A stretch of DNA of 64,000 bases, taken from NCBI GenBank assembly GCA_012295275.1, contig CM022677.1:23932001-23996000 (forward strand). The letters are read 5' to 3'. The first letter of the stretch is position 1. Every line of letters starts with the position of its first letter. Shown here one piece after another: positions 1 to 62,308 of this stretch. The notes beneath the pieces were generated by a model. It was given only the letters and a program-made list of their open reading frames with translations, did no database searches and was not told the DNA's origin. Source of the DNA: Chrysomallon squamiferum. Taxonomy: Eukaryota > Animalia > Mollusca. The translations under genes and the position numbers were made by a program.

Positions 1-1514
1 GAAACAAAAACACGAATACTGAGTATCAAAATACGTATTAATAAGCTTCAGTGTCTCTTTGGGTTTCAGCATGAAGTAATTTTCAGTAAATTTTAAAGCC
101 GCATCATTTTTAAATTTTTAAATTATTTATGTATGTATGTATATATTTATTGTTATTTTTTATTTATTTATTTTTACGAAAACTGAAACAAAATAACGAA
201 ACGGTGTATTAAAATAACATACTTTTTTATGATTCAAAATAATTTATAAAAAAATTAAAAAAATATTTAAAAAAATTAAAAAAAATGTGTTTTTACATTT
301 CTTTTTAACTTTGTTTAGTTTAACAACGTAAGACAAAACATGATGAGGATGATAATTAAGATGATTTTAATGATGATGATTTTGATGAAACTAGTGAAAT
401 GATGAAAGGACAAGTTACAAGTAACACAGCTATAAAACGTAATAAATGTATCAAACATAAACAATGACACTTTTTGTCTTTTCAAAATGTCTGTCATCAG
501 CGTCTGAATATGTCATTTTTTTCACTTTGAAGTAAACATCGTTCAGTTGTTTAACTACAGCAAACTGATTTATTTATATCCTCAGTACCAATGTCAAACA
601 TAAGGTAACCTTAGGAAATTCAGTACAAAGTTATATTTTTCTGAACCTGCAGTAGGATTATTTATAAATGCACCTTTCCCTAAACAGTATAAAATACACC
701 CTTTTAACCCGGCACAGTTCATTGATAGATCCTGTGAATCGTTACATTTAATCTCTCTGTCTATCTAACTATCTATCCATCTATTTGTATATATTATACT
801 TTTCAGTAACGAGTACACAGAAACAGGAATATCACTTTTCTTTATTATATTTACTTGTGTTTTTGTCTAATGTCTTTATTTTGAATCAATGAATTGGCAA
901 GAAACATAATTCATTTTGCTGAATATCTGCTGCATTCTTTAACGTTCTCTAGAAATCGAGAATATTCGATCCATTTCTCTACTGAAGATAAAGGATGTCT
1001 TGCGAAGGTTTCTTCTATCTTTTAGTCTTATTCTTGGAAATTTCACCTTAGAAAATTCTTTGTGAGAATTCCAGCCGTTCTTTTTGCAATGTAACCTGGT
1101 CTTTTTCATTTTTATTTTTCTTTCTCTTGAAATTCGATATTATTAACTTTTCTTTCCTTTTTCTTTTCTTTTTCTTTCCTTTTTCTTTTCTTTTTCTTTT
1201 CTTTTCTTTTCTTTTCTTCTAAAAAATTTTTTTATACGATGAGTAATTAGCTTTGCGTTGAAACAAAAGCCATATACTTACAAACTGACATTGAGAATAT
1301 TCATTTCCTTACTTCAGGAATCTTCCAAAGAAAGATTCGTTTGTTTATTATTCATCATTTTATGAGATTTACTCTGTGAAAGTCTGTTCATGCATGACTG
1401 AGTGAAGATGTCTTGATTTTCAGTTCCGAATTTGTTTTTAATTCTTCTTCTTAGCGAAGAAGTTCAACTTTCCTTTTTTTTCTTTATCATATATTTTTTG
1501 TTTTCATTTTCATT

Positions 1515-1611
<97 letters not shown>

Positions 1612-1896
1612 TTTGACTTAAAAATGATATATATTTCAATAGAAGGACCATTTGTTAATTTCCTCTAGAAATCTTCTGACCTAAGGATTTATTTCATTTT
1701 TTATTACTTTCTTCTTCTTCTTCTTATTATTATTAATGTTTCATCTTTTTATTATTTTTAAAAATTATTATTATTATTTTTCTTCTTCTTCTTCTTTTCT
1801 TCTTCACAACTTCAGAATTACGAAGTTTCATGAAGCTGGTAACAGTTTTATGTTCTGAGACCAAAAACAAAGTGATTGATTTCCGTCGTTTTTGCC

Positions 1897-2045
1897 TCGG
1901 AATACGTTTCGTCTTATTTCGGAATACGTTTCGTTTCATTTCGGAATACGTTTCGTATTATTTCGGAATACGTTTCGTGTCATTTCGGAATACGTTTCGT
2001 GTCATCTCGGGATACGTCCTGGGTCATCTCAAAATACGTTTCGTC
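1897..2045. repeat. 22-bp tandem repeat (~7 copies, CGGAATACGTTTCGTNTCATTT) just 3' of the gene 1 stop
   Basis: Directly visible. Confidence 0.9.
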
Positions 2046-2066
2046 TGATCTAAGGGACTGAAGGAG

Positions 2067-20148
<18,082 letters not shown>

Positions 20149-22507
20149 TCTGCACAGATTTTGAGATCTGAAATAAAATAATATTTTATAAAATATTATT
20201 TCAGATTACGCATAACTAACGTTAAATTAATTATAATTAACATTAACAGTGTGTAATTCTGTTTTTCTTTATGATTAACGTACATTTTTTTTTTTTATAA
20301 ACTAATCAACACTAATTAATTAACACTATTCGTCTAAATGATTCTTCGTTGTTTATTTTATTTTTATTATTATTATTATTAAGTCTATATTTACAAGATG
20401 TATGATACATTTATTTCTTTTAGTTTCTTATTTATTTGTTTATTATTATTACTATTATTATTATTATTGCACTATTCCTTAATTACTTCTTCAAAATGAC
20501 TGAAACTAACCGAAAACTTAACTGCATGAAATGAAAATAAATATATTAATAAGTAATTAATTTGTGGAAAGTGGTGTAAAAAAAATGCTAAAGATCGTAT
20601 GTATTTTTGTCTTAATATGCTTCTTTTATGATATTAAGATTTCAACCTTTACATGGAATATTCCTGTATTCACTTCTGTCGACATTCAACGTGTGTTTGT
20701 CTCTGATACTTATACCAAGCATGACGAACAATTATTAATAAGAAAGATGTAAACACTAGCGTTACAAGAAGAAAAGAAAATGGCTATTTATTATACGTCA
20801 CGATCACGTGATGGCGACCTAACTGCACCGAGTTGTCATTACACCCACATTTTTTTTTCAGAGCACCCCATCGGTTGGGAAGGAGGAAAACACTTAGAAG
20901 CAAAAAAAACAAACAAAAAAAACAACAATAAAATGATCATTGTCGTTGCTGCTGGTGTCGTTATGTCCTAAACAACGTCATACTAAAAGATTGCGTATGT
21001 CTCATGAGTCGTTATTTTATATCTTTAACTATTAAGTAACTATTCTATTTACAAAACAATAACCGGATTAGATTTTCATCCCCAAACTTTGCCGCGATGA
21101 TCTTTGTGATGACGTCATGTTGATGACGTCTATGTTTTATCGATATTCTTAAAGCGGTACCTGTATTTGCGAGTGATAATAGGTGACTGACTCTTCAAAA
21201 AAAACCAAAAAAACTACGTGATGAAAAATAACAGAGAATAACACAATTTAAATAAAAATCTTCTTATGTGTATGTTACAATTATATACATCAAACAGGCA
21301 AATAATCAGTAGAAAAAGAAAACAAAAATCTTCGTTAACAGTAAATAAATAAATTAGCATTAGTATCTGTTTTAAGCAATAACTGGCGATCTGTTTCGTA
21401 AAATATAAACTAAACTGTCCCAAAACGAGGCTAATAACAAAGATACCTACAATATTAAACATTTCTATTAGGCTGGCACAGAAATAATTATTAAAATTGG
21501 GAGTACTCCAGTCTTTTTGCCCTTACCGGAAGTGACAGCTGATTGATCGTTAAGAAATGGCACGTGGATGTGTGTTTAGATTATAATTTATTTACATTAT
21601 CGGTAATGCCTGTGACGTTAGCTATACTGGTCTCATGTTATTGAAAAAAAATAATTAAGACTCTCATGGCTAATACATGCAAACTTAATATTTTTCTTTT
21701 TCTTTTTTTTTTTTTTTTGACTTTTTTTTTTTCAACGACTGTACCTTTTACATCCTACTTTTTCTTTCCATTTACTTTATACATATACAATATAGATAGA
21801 TAGACAGATAGATAGATAGATATATTTATGATTATTTTAAGCAGTATTAGAATACAAACACGTCTTCACGTATATCTTGTTTTAGTTTTTACCATTCCAT
21901 TAAGAACTATTATTTAGCGTGTCTGATTGTTGTCTGCGGACGTTTTAAAGAAATTTCAAGTTCAAACACTGTACCCAGACGAGCGAATTTTTGTGTCTAC
22001 ATTTTAAGTTTCTCATTAATTTCTGTTTTTATACCTACGCGTATTTTGTATAGCTTATAATTTTCTTTCTCCTATATCTGTATATCAATTCTGCTCTTCT
22101 TTCTTTTCGTGTTTCTTATCTCCATCTAAGATCCTCCCGTGTACGTACCTTTTTCAAGTCACAAGTGTGTACGATTCTGTCATGGCATGAAATCTGAACT
22201 GCATACTAATTAATAATTAACGACTATAATTACGAGGCACGTAACAAATAATAACGAAGACAAATTTATTCAAATGCTTTTTTCAAAAGCTGTATATTCA
22301 ATTGAGATTTTTAAAAAATATATATATTTTCACAGCGCATGTACTTTTTTTTTTTTTTCTTAACGACCGGTCCTATCCCCTTTTAGAACTAACACCCGGC
22401 CCCACCCTTTTTTTTTTTTTTAATCTGCGTTGTAAGTATTCAGGTTACGTTCTTCGTGGAAGGCTGTTGAAGTCCGCGAGCGAGCGAGCAGCCCTGGAAA
22501 GAACCGG

Positions 22508-48495
<25,988 letters not shown>

Positions 48496-48578
48496 TTTGC
48501 AGTTGGTTCAAGGTCCTGTAATAATAAATGTTTAAATAAGTACACAGTATATATAGTTGTGTGTGTGTGTGTGTGTGT

Positions 48579-48662
<84 letters not shown>

Positions 48663-50102
48663 GTGTGTGTGTGTGTGTGTGTTTTATAACATCTCCACTC
48701 AATCATTGGTATTTTCAGGAAATCGACTTTCAGTATCCTTCCCCCAACCCCGTTATTAAATTATTTCTGTTTTAAAATGTAAATATATCGATCACACTGT
48801 TGTTTTTGTTATATAATCTCTCTTAGACACTGTTGTAACTAACCTACAGGCATGTATTTTTGAACATTATTACAAAGGCGAGTCGGAGATATTTTTTCTT
48901 GAAAAAGTGTTTCAACTTTCACGGTGTTCAAATTGGTTTGTAGCGTGTATAAACACTGACATTTGACAAATCTACGCAAGACATTCAAAGAAAGTAATCT
49001 TGTACATTTTAGTGGTATTTACACCTGAAATCAAAACTTACACAAATCCTCTGCTTACAAATCCGAATTTGTAAACAACTGCCAGCTGGTTGTTCTTAGT
49101 TCCTAAAGTAAATAAAGATGCCAATCCACTACGTCATGGTCACATGGTCATTACGTTGCTATACGTCATAGTCATAGATCTTATTATAAAATAGTTGTGA
49201 TTTTAAGCTGCTTTTTATGTAGGCCTACCTATTTTGATTTGACATAATATCATTCTTTATAACACAGGCATTTACATGTCAGTTTTAAACCGATGTTTGT
49301 TTGTTTGTTTGTTACTAAAGTATGTGCACATAATGCAAAAATAAAATGTTACGGTACAAAATGGCTGACAAATGAACTAGTTGCTATGCAACCGAAGGAA
49401 TATTATGGTCCGATTTCTTCAAAATCTTTTCCGCAACATTTTTAATATATTTCATTTTATTTTATATCAGTTTTAAAAATACATAATTAAATATTTAGAA
49501 ACAATTATCATAAGAACCTTAGATTTCTGTGTTATATGAATTATCTTCTGGTGAATTAAGTTAACAGCAATAATTGTTTTTAATCAAAGCAGTTGGCTAT
49601 AATACAAGCCGGGGGTTTAAAATATAGTTAATTAAATATGTCCGTGATCCCGAAAATATGTATTTTATTTTATTCTATTTTATTTTATTTATTTATTTTT
49701 GATATAATGAAATTTACTGTTAATATTAAGCATAATAAATGTTTTGCATTTTGGCTGTATAGAAAATTTTAGAGCACTCCAGCACAAAAATATTAAGTAA
49801 TATTAAATATCTTAATAATGTTAAGCGATATTTTAAAACATTTAAATCAATGTAGAGGCCAGTTTATAATATTTTAACTGCGTACGAAAAATACACGTAC
49901 AAAATATTATCGTAGGCATTCGTTAAAATGAGAGATAAAATTTAATTTGCTTTATAAAATATTAAAACGATCAATAATTTGACGTCACTAACACTGAAAA
50001 ATGCACTCGAAATAATTATCGCAGATGTTAATCTTACTTTGTGCATTAACCTTAAAAAGGACAATTTAACTACGTTTCCATTCAACATGTTTTTATTGGC
50101 TT

Positions 50103-53154
<3,052 letters not shown>

Positions 53155-53296
53155 TTGTGTATCAGAGATATAAACTGTACCGATACACCTGTAAAATGAA
53201 ATAATACACATTTATGCGCAAAAGATGAGACATAAGTAGCATACCTAACAGAATATTTTCCGTTACGTTCAGAGAGAAGCCAATCCTTTTCTTTTT

Positions 53297-53384
<88 letters not shown>

Positions 53385-53453
53385 AGAGAGAGATCAAAAG
53401 AAATTAAAATAGAAACAAAACAGCACCTGTCTACTATTACTACTATTACTGAT

Positions 53454-53502
<49 letters not shown>

Positions 53503-53695
53503 TTTGTGAACGTGTATGTAGTCGTATTGAAATGTCATTTTTCTTTCTATTATTGTTTCCTATATTTCCGGAAGTACAATTTGTTTGCGTATACGACACT
53601 TAAATCTAAAACAAGATCTGTACTGTTGTCTCGGCCCTGTTACAACGTCACTTTTTCAATAAACAATTCACTAAATATATAACAAATCTAAAGAT

Positions 53696-54000
53696 CTTAC
53701 CGTTAAATTGGAGCTTGGTCGCAACCTTTGTAGCTTAGTTCACTGGGGTTCACGAACACCCACGTGACTTATGACGTTATTTGGTAACCAGGAAATGAGC
53801 TTCAAAAGATTTTATGAAGACAGAACTATGATAATAACAATTTGTCTTGAAATAACAGATAACGGATAGGTTTTAACAAGTATATTTTTTATTCTTGTCA
53901 TCGTTTATTGGTCATTTAAAAAGAAAAATCATAATTATGACGTCATCTTAAGACATTCCATTGTAAACAATTCATAACATGGCGTAAGCAACGTTGTTCG
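53696..54000. promoter_or_regulatory. Putative bidirectional promoter / first non-coding exons of genes 3 and 4
   Basis: The genes diverge with ATGs ~1 kb apart, and both ATG exons are preceded by acceptors (53189, 54156). Outward-facing GTAAG donors lie at 53700 (-) and ~53985 (+), with TGACGTCA at 53938-53945. Confidence 0.5.
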
Positions 54001-54171
54001 ATGTTAAAATTTAAGATTAGTAATAATGAGAGTAAAACTGACGTGTGTTAGTCTATTGTGGGTTGGTGGTAGAGCAACAGATTAAGACAGCTTGCAAGAT
54101 ATTTAAGAATCCGAATTAAACTAATCTAAACTCACTAATCTGTGTTTTCTTTTCAGATCACCTGTTCCAAC

Positions 54172-54931
54172 ATGAAACCCAGTGAGATGATTCTTGTCGT
54201 TGTAACATTTCTCTTTATAGTAGGTTTGTACAATAATCACACAAACAAGCCACACACACACCCACCCACACGCACACAGACACACATAAACACATAAACA
54301 CATACACATATTCACATACAATACGTATTTGGCAGATAATGTTCTTGAGGAATTGTGTTTGTGTATATATAAAGAGAAATGTTATATATATGTATGTATG
54401 TATGTATATATATATGTATATGCCTATGTATGTATGTGTGTATGTATGTATGTATATATATGTATATGCATAGGCATATGTATGTGTGTATATATTCATA
54501 TACGAACTGTGTGTTGTTTTGTTTTTCAGTTGAAGGACGCTGGTCAAGTTGGAAGCGAGCCGAGGACGTGCCTTGCCACAAGAACTGTACTCGAGCCGTC
54601 AGACAGACGAGGTTTTGTATACTCAGCAACAGCACCGACGACGATGAACCGCGGTGTGTTGGTGACAACAAGAAGACGTCGACAGAGATGTGTGCGGGAG
54701 GTTACTGTGGCGCAAGTAAGTAAAAAAATAAAATAAAAAATAAAAAAATGCTGCGATTAGTTGTGGAATGAATTTTCATTTGTGTGTGTGTGTGTGTGTG
54801 TGTGTACCATTGCCATTGGCACATTACTTCTTATCTATCTATCTATACACACACACACACATATATATATATATACATACATACATGCATGTGTTTGTGT
54901 CTGCATGTGTATATTTGTTTGTGTATGTAAT

Positions 54932-54962
<31 letters not shown>

Positions 54963-55600
54963 TCTTTTCTTATATTTATTAAGTGGCTGTCAAGGGAGCT
55001 CGGACAAAGTTTGTTCCTATTCTGTTAATAACAATCGCTGTTTTGTCCGTTCTTGCCTTGCTCAGTGGTGTAGCCAGCTGCTACTTCACCAAGTACGTAT
55101 TTCTTCATTATTGTACCGATACTACTACTGCTACTGCTACTACAACTTCTACAGCTAACGCTACTGTTATAAATACAAGGACTATAACCACTGCTACCAC
55201 CACAGTAACTACTACTGTTCGTGTTAATTAATAATTAATACTGTCGATGTTATTACAGCTACTACTGAATTTTAGGTCTTTTATTAGGATATGCTGTACA
55301 CTATTTAATTCAATGTTTAGAACGTATTTTGTTGATCTAAAACACAGCTTAGTCTTCCTCCCATAGGCCTAAACGATACCTCACTCTTCATTTTGTAGGC
55401 CTAAACGACAGTTCACTCTTTTACATGACTTTCTTTCTTCTTTTTCGACAACCTCACTGTACAGACGAACGGACGCTACGAAAAAGAAACGCGACAGTGC
55501 AGCAAAACTTGGAACCATCATGGTTCGCGTTGACGAACAATACAGCGACTTGCACCAAATACACGATTCGGAACAGCCGATAGGCGGTTACCGGAAGTGA
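54172..55600 (+). CDS. Gene 4: minimal type-I membrane protein; signal peptide + 1 TSR + TM + ~45-aa tail (160 aa)
   Basis: Exons 54172-54223 (MKPSEMILVVVTFLFIV), 54530-54715 (VEGRWSSW..CHKNCTRAVRQTRFC..CVG..CAGGYC), 54984-55092 (FVPILLITIAVLSVLALLSGVASCYFTK), 55465-55600 (RTDATKKKRD..EQYSDL..GGYRK*). GT-AG junctions keep the frame. Confidence 0.82.
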
Positions 55601-56960
55601 ACTTACTTAATCTGTGACCTTGAAGTCTCGTTAAATGTGTTCATAAATGCTCAAAGAACTAGATAAAAAAATTATCGAGATTTACGCAGGCGGTGCTGGA
55701 TAGAAAGTACGTTGAGATTTGTTTCATCCAATCAGGCAACTTCCACTGAAATTTGTTTTTATCGAATTTAATAAATGAAGCAGAAAAACAGTGTTACAAT
55801 TTCTTTCTCTCTCTTTATCTTGTGTGTGTGTGTCCAGTTTTAATTGATAAAAGATATTCAAAAGAGAAAAAAAAATATATATATATATATATATATTTAT
55901 ATTAGCCAAGTTTATTGAAAGATTGTTTACGTGTTAACACAATTTATACATTGTTTGTTAAACTGTCATATTAAACATAAGCTGAGGGTTTGCGATTATT
56001 TTAGCCGTTGTTGTAATTCTTTAACATGAAGTGATACAATATTTAACCCTAATGGACCACGCACAGTGTACGTTTAAGCATCTCCGCGGTTCACAAATCT
56101 TGCTTCTCCAGTGGAAAAAGTATTATTCTAATTTTGAGTGTGGCTATCATTTGGACTGCAGCTGCATACAAAGAAATGACGTAGGCATGCCCTAACAGTG
56201 AAAATGCGAAAGCAAATAAAGCAAAAGGTGGCATTTTATAACTATAGTATTACGCACTGCAACGATTTTCTTTTAAAGCAAATAAAGCAAAAGGTGGAAA
56301 TTAAAATGTATGAACAATGGCAACAATAAAGCTGTGTATTTCTAGGCATTAACTTAGATGTGGGCCGACAGTACCCAAGTCCCAATTACCCCTACACTAA
56401 ATTGAAAGAATCCTTAAAAAAATTGACCAAAGCAATGAAATAATCACTGAGAAATGTGAAGAAATTTATTAGACCATTAATTTGATATGAACTGTATTCT
56501 GATACTACCTGGATTATCAAAAATTACAAGGGACAAATTTACGTTTGGTGATGTTGTAATCCAGTTTACATTCTGTAGTAGTGGCACCAAAAAGTACAAA
56601 AATTTTGAAGAGAATAAAAATATAAATGGAAAGATACAACCAAAATGTATTGTACAAGGGGTACAGTTAGAAAAATATCTGCACACGTCATAAACAATTA
56701 AAATATTTATAGGCTCTGGTAGGGAATAAAACCTGACAAAAGTGAAATTTATAAATCACATAACCAGAAGCTATTGTAGCATTAACTTAACAAATGACAG
56801 ACAAGCCATTGTTAAAGATAAAACTGAATTTATTATAATTGAGAAACTGACAACTTGTTTGCACAGGCAAGAGAAGTTAAGTCTGAGCAGATGAGGTTGA
56901 GTTACATTGTGTGTTGATAAATGCTTGAAATAAAGAAAATCTGCCAGTCCAGATACTTTC

Positions 56961-56998
<38 letters not shown>

Positions 56999-58420
56999 AA
57001 TAAGTAAATAAATACATCTTCACTTGTATGATCTTTGAATACCGTATGGAAAAGTAACAGCTTCATATCCAGATTTGTAGAAAATTTGTGAAAACTGGTT
57101 TAACATCAGATCAGCTGAAAAGTATGGATGATGCAATTGTAAAAATCCTGCATTTGCCAGACTATTAGAAGACTAGCAACTTTGACTTGTACTTTAGAAT
57201 TACAATATTGTAGTTCTTGAGAGATACACTGATAGTGGATCAATTTCACCACTTTGTCCTAAGCAGCATTTTCTTTACAAAAAAAACAACCTGTGAATTA
57301 TGCAGGTTTGTTTAGCATTGAAATCAGAATTTCCAAAAAATTTCTTTATGTATTTTCTCAGAAATTTAAATGCCAAGACAGTAAAACTACAGTATAATCT
57401 GAAAATGTAACAGTTTGTGTTGGTCAAAACGTTGCCCTGGATACAATCGATTTTATTCTTGAAATATAAATTTAAACTGATTATGTATATATATTGTTTT
57501 TTTTGTTTTTAAATCAACAGCTTTGATAGCTATCAGGTCACAAACTGCCTATAGTCTATCAGTGGTAGTAGTCAAATTTCTGACTGGCACATTCAATTTT
57601 ATAAAGTAAAATAAAAATAAAGGTTTGATAACTATTATAAATATTTTATTATAACTGCATACAGTTTGTGAAGTAATGTTAAGAAAAAGATGAAATGAAA
57701 ATGAAAAGTCATTTTAATAAAAATGACTTTGTATGCATGTATGTGACTATGTTAATATATATATATATATGAGATGATAACACACTGTTTAGTTACATAA
57801 CAAATAGTAATAAGAATCTTTTAATCATTTGGCCAGAGACAATTTTTCTTTTAACATGGATGTTCACAGAAACTTAAAGTTATATTGGAATTCTGTAGAG
57901 GGAAAAAAAAAAAAAAAAAAAAAATAATAAAAAAAAATAAAATTCCTTCACTAGCAGGATTTGCTAAGTTCTTAGATGAGTGAAATTTCTCTAACTTACA
58001 AAGTGAGATACAACACTTTAAAGTTAACCAGGAAAACGGTACGATTCTGTTTTAAAAGGACAATACTATCATGCATTCGAAACTGAATTCTGTTCTGTTT
58101 CTACCAGATATATACATTTGAAGAAATACCAAAGCGAAGGAGTGAGAAATAATACTATCAGTATCTTTGTTAAATTCTAACAAGATTCAGCCATTAAAAA
58201 AACTTGTGGATTGTCTCAAAACCAAACTTCAATTCTTGAAGATCAGTTTTTGTACTTGGGTTTCTACATTTTGTAATAGTGAACTCCTGTCCAGAAGATC
58301 AGATTGTTATCACACAGCTTTGCACACAAAACTATTAGGTTACTTTAGTTAGTTTGATGCACACTGAATCAAACAATGAGTGGACACAGGTCAGCTTGCT
58401 TTGAAAAATGTTTCTGCTGG

Positions 58421-60242
58421 TCATTTCTGACCAGTTGATCCAAACCCTCCCTCACCTCTGTCTGTGTCATCCAGTTTCTGAAATTAAAATAAATAAATAA
58501 AATGTATAAAAATAAAATGAAAAGATGCAAAATAAAAAAAAAACAAAATTAAACAATAATGAAACATGGCAAACAATTTTAATTAAGACATCAAATTGTG
58601 TATTTGCTTCTGGAATAGTTTGTAATACATTTTGTTTTAACCTGAACAATTTTGGAAGGAAAATATGAGCAAGAAAAATAATTAAAAAATAGAAATGATT
58701 AAGAACACATGCAATATCAAACTGAAAAATTAAGGAAAATGGCAAAACCTGATGAAACTATCTACACAAAAACCGATAATACATGAATAGTCATTTTCTT
58801 ACAAACTTCCATCTCATACTTTTGATTTAAATCAAATATTTTTTACATTTCTGAAATTTTGTAGACTGTAGTCAAGTCAGAATTTAATATACCAAACACT
58901 CGGTCGTATTTTAAACTGTACATACCTCTAGCTGTAGTAAGTCTGGAATGTAGATTCTTTCACAGATTAGTTGTGCTATTCTGTCACCTTTCTTAACTGT
59001 CAAAAAGAAAGTTTAAAATAATTTAAATGTGAAATATATAAAAACAATGAAAATGGAAGCATTCCAGAAAATAAAAATTTAGAAAAAGAATAAATAAACC
59101 TTTGTATTTTATTAAGAGAAATTCATGTACTTTATCAATCCTAGAAAACCTTTAATAATAAATAATTTATAAAATAAATATACTGATGAGCAAATGTTGA
59201 TAAAATTCTAGGGTATTAATTGCTGTGTTTTAAAAGCTGAAATCATTTCTACTTGTAACAACCATGTTAAAAGATTTTTATCTGTTTTAATAAATAAAAT
59301 AAATTACCTATGAAGTCGTTTTCACCAAAATTGAACATGACCACACCCACATTACCACGGTAATCTCTATCAATAACACCAGCTGAAACAAAAAATAAAC
59401 AATGATAGATATATGATAAGATGATATCTTAGAACATGACAGATAGGCAGATTTATATAACAAAATAGTAATAGTAACACTATAATCAAGAGCAACTGGG
59501 GGAGGGGGAAACAAGTGACTTGGTATTATTATCCCATTCAGCAAAGTATTACATGTTTTTGATATAAAATACTCATTCAAAAGGAGTCTTAAATGGTTTA
59601 TTACAATATTGATCATCAGCAAAGGTTTGTCTTTAGTAAGTAATACAATGGTGACAATGATAATACTACTAATGACAATAGTGAAAGGATTTTTAGTATT
59701 AAAAGAGTACAAACCTCCAACATCTATAAAATATTTGGCAGCCAAACCAGATCTTGGAGCTGGAATGAATGAAATAAAATAATTAAAAAGAAAATTTACA
59801 AAAACAATACTATTCATTAATAAATTTAACTGTCTAGAGTAACACATTAACACAAATTTCGAGTTTGTATTAACTGAATAGTGCTTTCTAAACTGTTTTT
59901 GGTTACTTCTGCTCCACTTTCTTTATTCTTGATCTTCAAGCACTACTGTTTTTCAAGTTAAACAAAGTAGTAAAGAATTTTGAAAATTTGTACTGGACAG
60001 AAGTGTAGAAACTGAAAATTGGTTTGATTTTTACTCCTCAGTGTTGGATGCTGCTGGTTTAAGCTCAAATTTAGTTTTATTAAAATAAAACCTCACAAAA
60101 ATGGAAAAAAACAAAAACAAAAAAAAAAAAAAAAAAAAAAAACAACTTACCAATTCTGCCATAACATCCTTCTGGCAAAGCAATCTGAATATCTGTTTTC
60201 ACTATGGCTTTCCCATGAGCTGGTATTTTGCAATCATAGGCA
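58421..60242 (-). CDS. DUT: dUTP pyrophosphatase (dUTPase), last five coding exons; 5' exon(s) not located in the window
   Basis: Exons 60242-60151 ([30 protein letters not shown]), 59759-59715 ([15 protein letters not shown]), 59382-59308 ([25 protein letters not shown]), 58996-58926 ([18 protein letters not shown]..), 58477-58421 ([18 protein letters not shown]). These carry trimeric dUTPase motifs II-V. Confidence 0.95.
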
Positions 60243-61801
60243 CTAAAAGAAAAAAAAAAAAAAAAAAAAAAAAGAAAAAAAAAAGAGGTAAAGTAATGAT
60301 ATTACAGCACACAGTGCCAGTGTGCTAGAAAAAAAAAAAAATTTAGTCTTTTTACAATGAGCTATGTATTTGTAAATAAAAAAAATTACAACAAAACAAA
60401 ATATTTATATAACCATCTATTGGTAATCATTCAGTAATCATAACAATTTTATGACATTTATTTTTCTATGCCATGATTAAGTGTTTAGCAGTCACTTATT
60501 TGATATATATATCAATTTTAACAATACTTTGTTTTAAACTATAAACACTTAACTGAAATGAAGATTCTTTCACCTGTTTTGAGTATGTTATAAACGTGGT
60601 TGTGGATGAAGTTGATCTACTGTTATGTATTTTAGAATTTTATGTATTTCAGTGATTTTAAGCCTGTCTGAAAAACACTATCACTGGCACAGTATGTGTC
60701 ATCAAACTGTATAAATAAGCCTCTTCCATTCAAGAGCTATTACAGAAACTAGACGAAAAAATATATCTGAATTTTCAGCCCAGGCAATCCAGCCTTTTTA
60801 ATTTAGTAAAACGAGCGATATTGCCTGGAGATATCTGCCCAAAGCATAGAACAACCCAACCAACCATGAAAAGTAAAGCACAAGGAAAAAAAGAAAAGCA
60901 TGAAGTGTCGACAGTTTGATCTGGGTGGAACAGGTGCAGGAGACAGCCTAGGTTTACAGCAGGCAGGTATCAACGTAACTATTACATGGTAACAGTAGTT
61001 GCTAAGCGTTTTATTTCAGATAACAGGATTAAGTTTGGGCTGATGTTTCTGATTATCTTACAGCTGGGATCGAAAAATAAAAAAAAAAAAAAAATAAAAA
61101 AGTAGGGTTTCTAATTAATGTGAGGAAAATACAACAAGGTATGTAGTTAGTAGTATACATTTGGTGGGGAAGGCAATGGCCAAAGGAAATTAAGTTGTTG
61201 ACTGGTCCAGTACAACAAAATCTCTTCCTTTCAAGTGCCATTATAGAAACTGAAGGACAAGCACCACATGCACTATTAATAGGTCTTCTGTATAGTAACT
61301 GAAGAAAAAAAAAACGTATCTGAATTTTACTCCAGTACAATCCACCCAAGTAATAATAATGCCTTGAAACAGAGTAAAGTGTCCAATCTAATGGAGGACG
61401 ACCAAAGCATAGGACAACCCAACCATCAAGTTTGTTTGTCAGTCACTTCAACAGTGAACACAAGAGAGCCACAACTGACAGGACCAACTGAACAGCCTAA
61501 GCATCAGTTGTGTGTTGAGCACCTGGCATGAAAGACATGTCAGCCATTTTCTCTAAATCTGGCCATGAAACGGAAGCTAATCAGGTTAACACTTGTACGT
61601 GGACACTAGTAGATTAAAAAAAAAAAAAAAAACCTTTTTTGTTTGTTTACTTCAATCCATGCATGGACTTTACGATTCTGCTGAGAGTTACTGAAATGTA
61701 CCCTGCAAGATACTCAACAGCTTTGAGTATCAGAGATGTTTTGATGTCAGCTGACACAAGTAGTTCATGCCATGGTATAATTAACAGTTCAGAATGTGGA
61801 T

Positions 61802-62308
61802 TGAGGAGGGTAAAAAAAAAAAAAAAAAATCAAAACAATGGAAAGATAGAAAAGATCACAGCCAAGGGCAGGAAATGTGTTACTAATTACTGGGATTTCG
61901 ATGAATTTTTTTTACAGATACAGCTGACTTATACTGCCCTGTTACTGAAGGACGGACGATCTGATTGATAACATTTAACAGCAACCAGACAATGGAACTG
62001 AGAAGCGACCAATCGCATTCGAGCTCTTTGCTGACAGTAAGATTCTACACTGCTAAGTAGGAGGATAAAAAAAAAAAAAAAAAAAAAAGCAGTGGAAAGA
62101 TAGAAAAGATCACAACCAAGGCAAGAAATGTGTTACTAATTACTGAGATTTCAATGAATTTTTTACAGATACTGACGACTTATACTGCTGTGTTACTGGA
62201 GGACGATCTGATTGTATAACATTTAACAGCAACCAGACAACGGAATTGAGAAGCGACCAATCACATTCGAGCTCTTTGCTCACACTAAGATTCTACACTG
62301 CTAAGTAC
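61802..62308. repeat. Direct tandem duplication of ~255 bp
   Basis: GAGGA..polyA..TGGAAAGATAGAAAAGATCAC..GATTCTACACTGCTAAGTA at ~61802-62059 and ~62060-62308, with scattered differences. Confidence 0.9.

Noticed and set aside
900-1900. Purine-rich minus-strand sequence resembling further K/E-rich coding exons
   Set aside because: Frequent stops and no consistent splice path; gene 1 already terminates at 2067.
59308-59853. 181-aa ORF as a standalone gene
   Set aside because: Only the [15 protein letters not shown] part is in the real dUTPase frame; the rest is intron read-through or out-of-frame exon.
58421-60242. Viral or retroelement-derived dUTPase
   Set aside because: It has spliceosomal introns and no neighbouring gag/pol or viral genes, consistent with the host gene.
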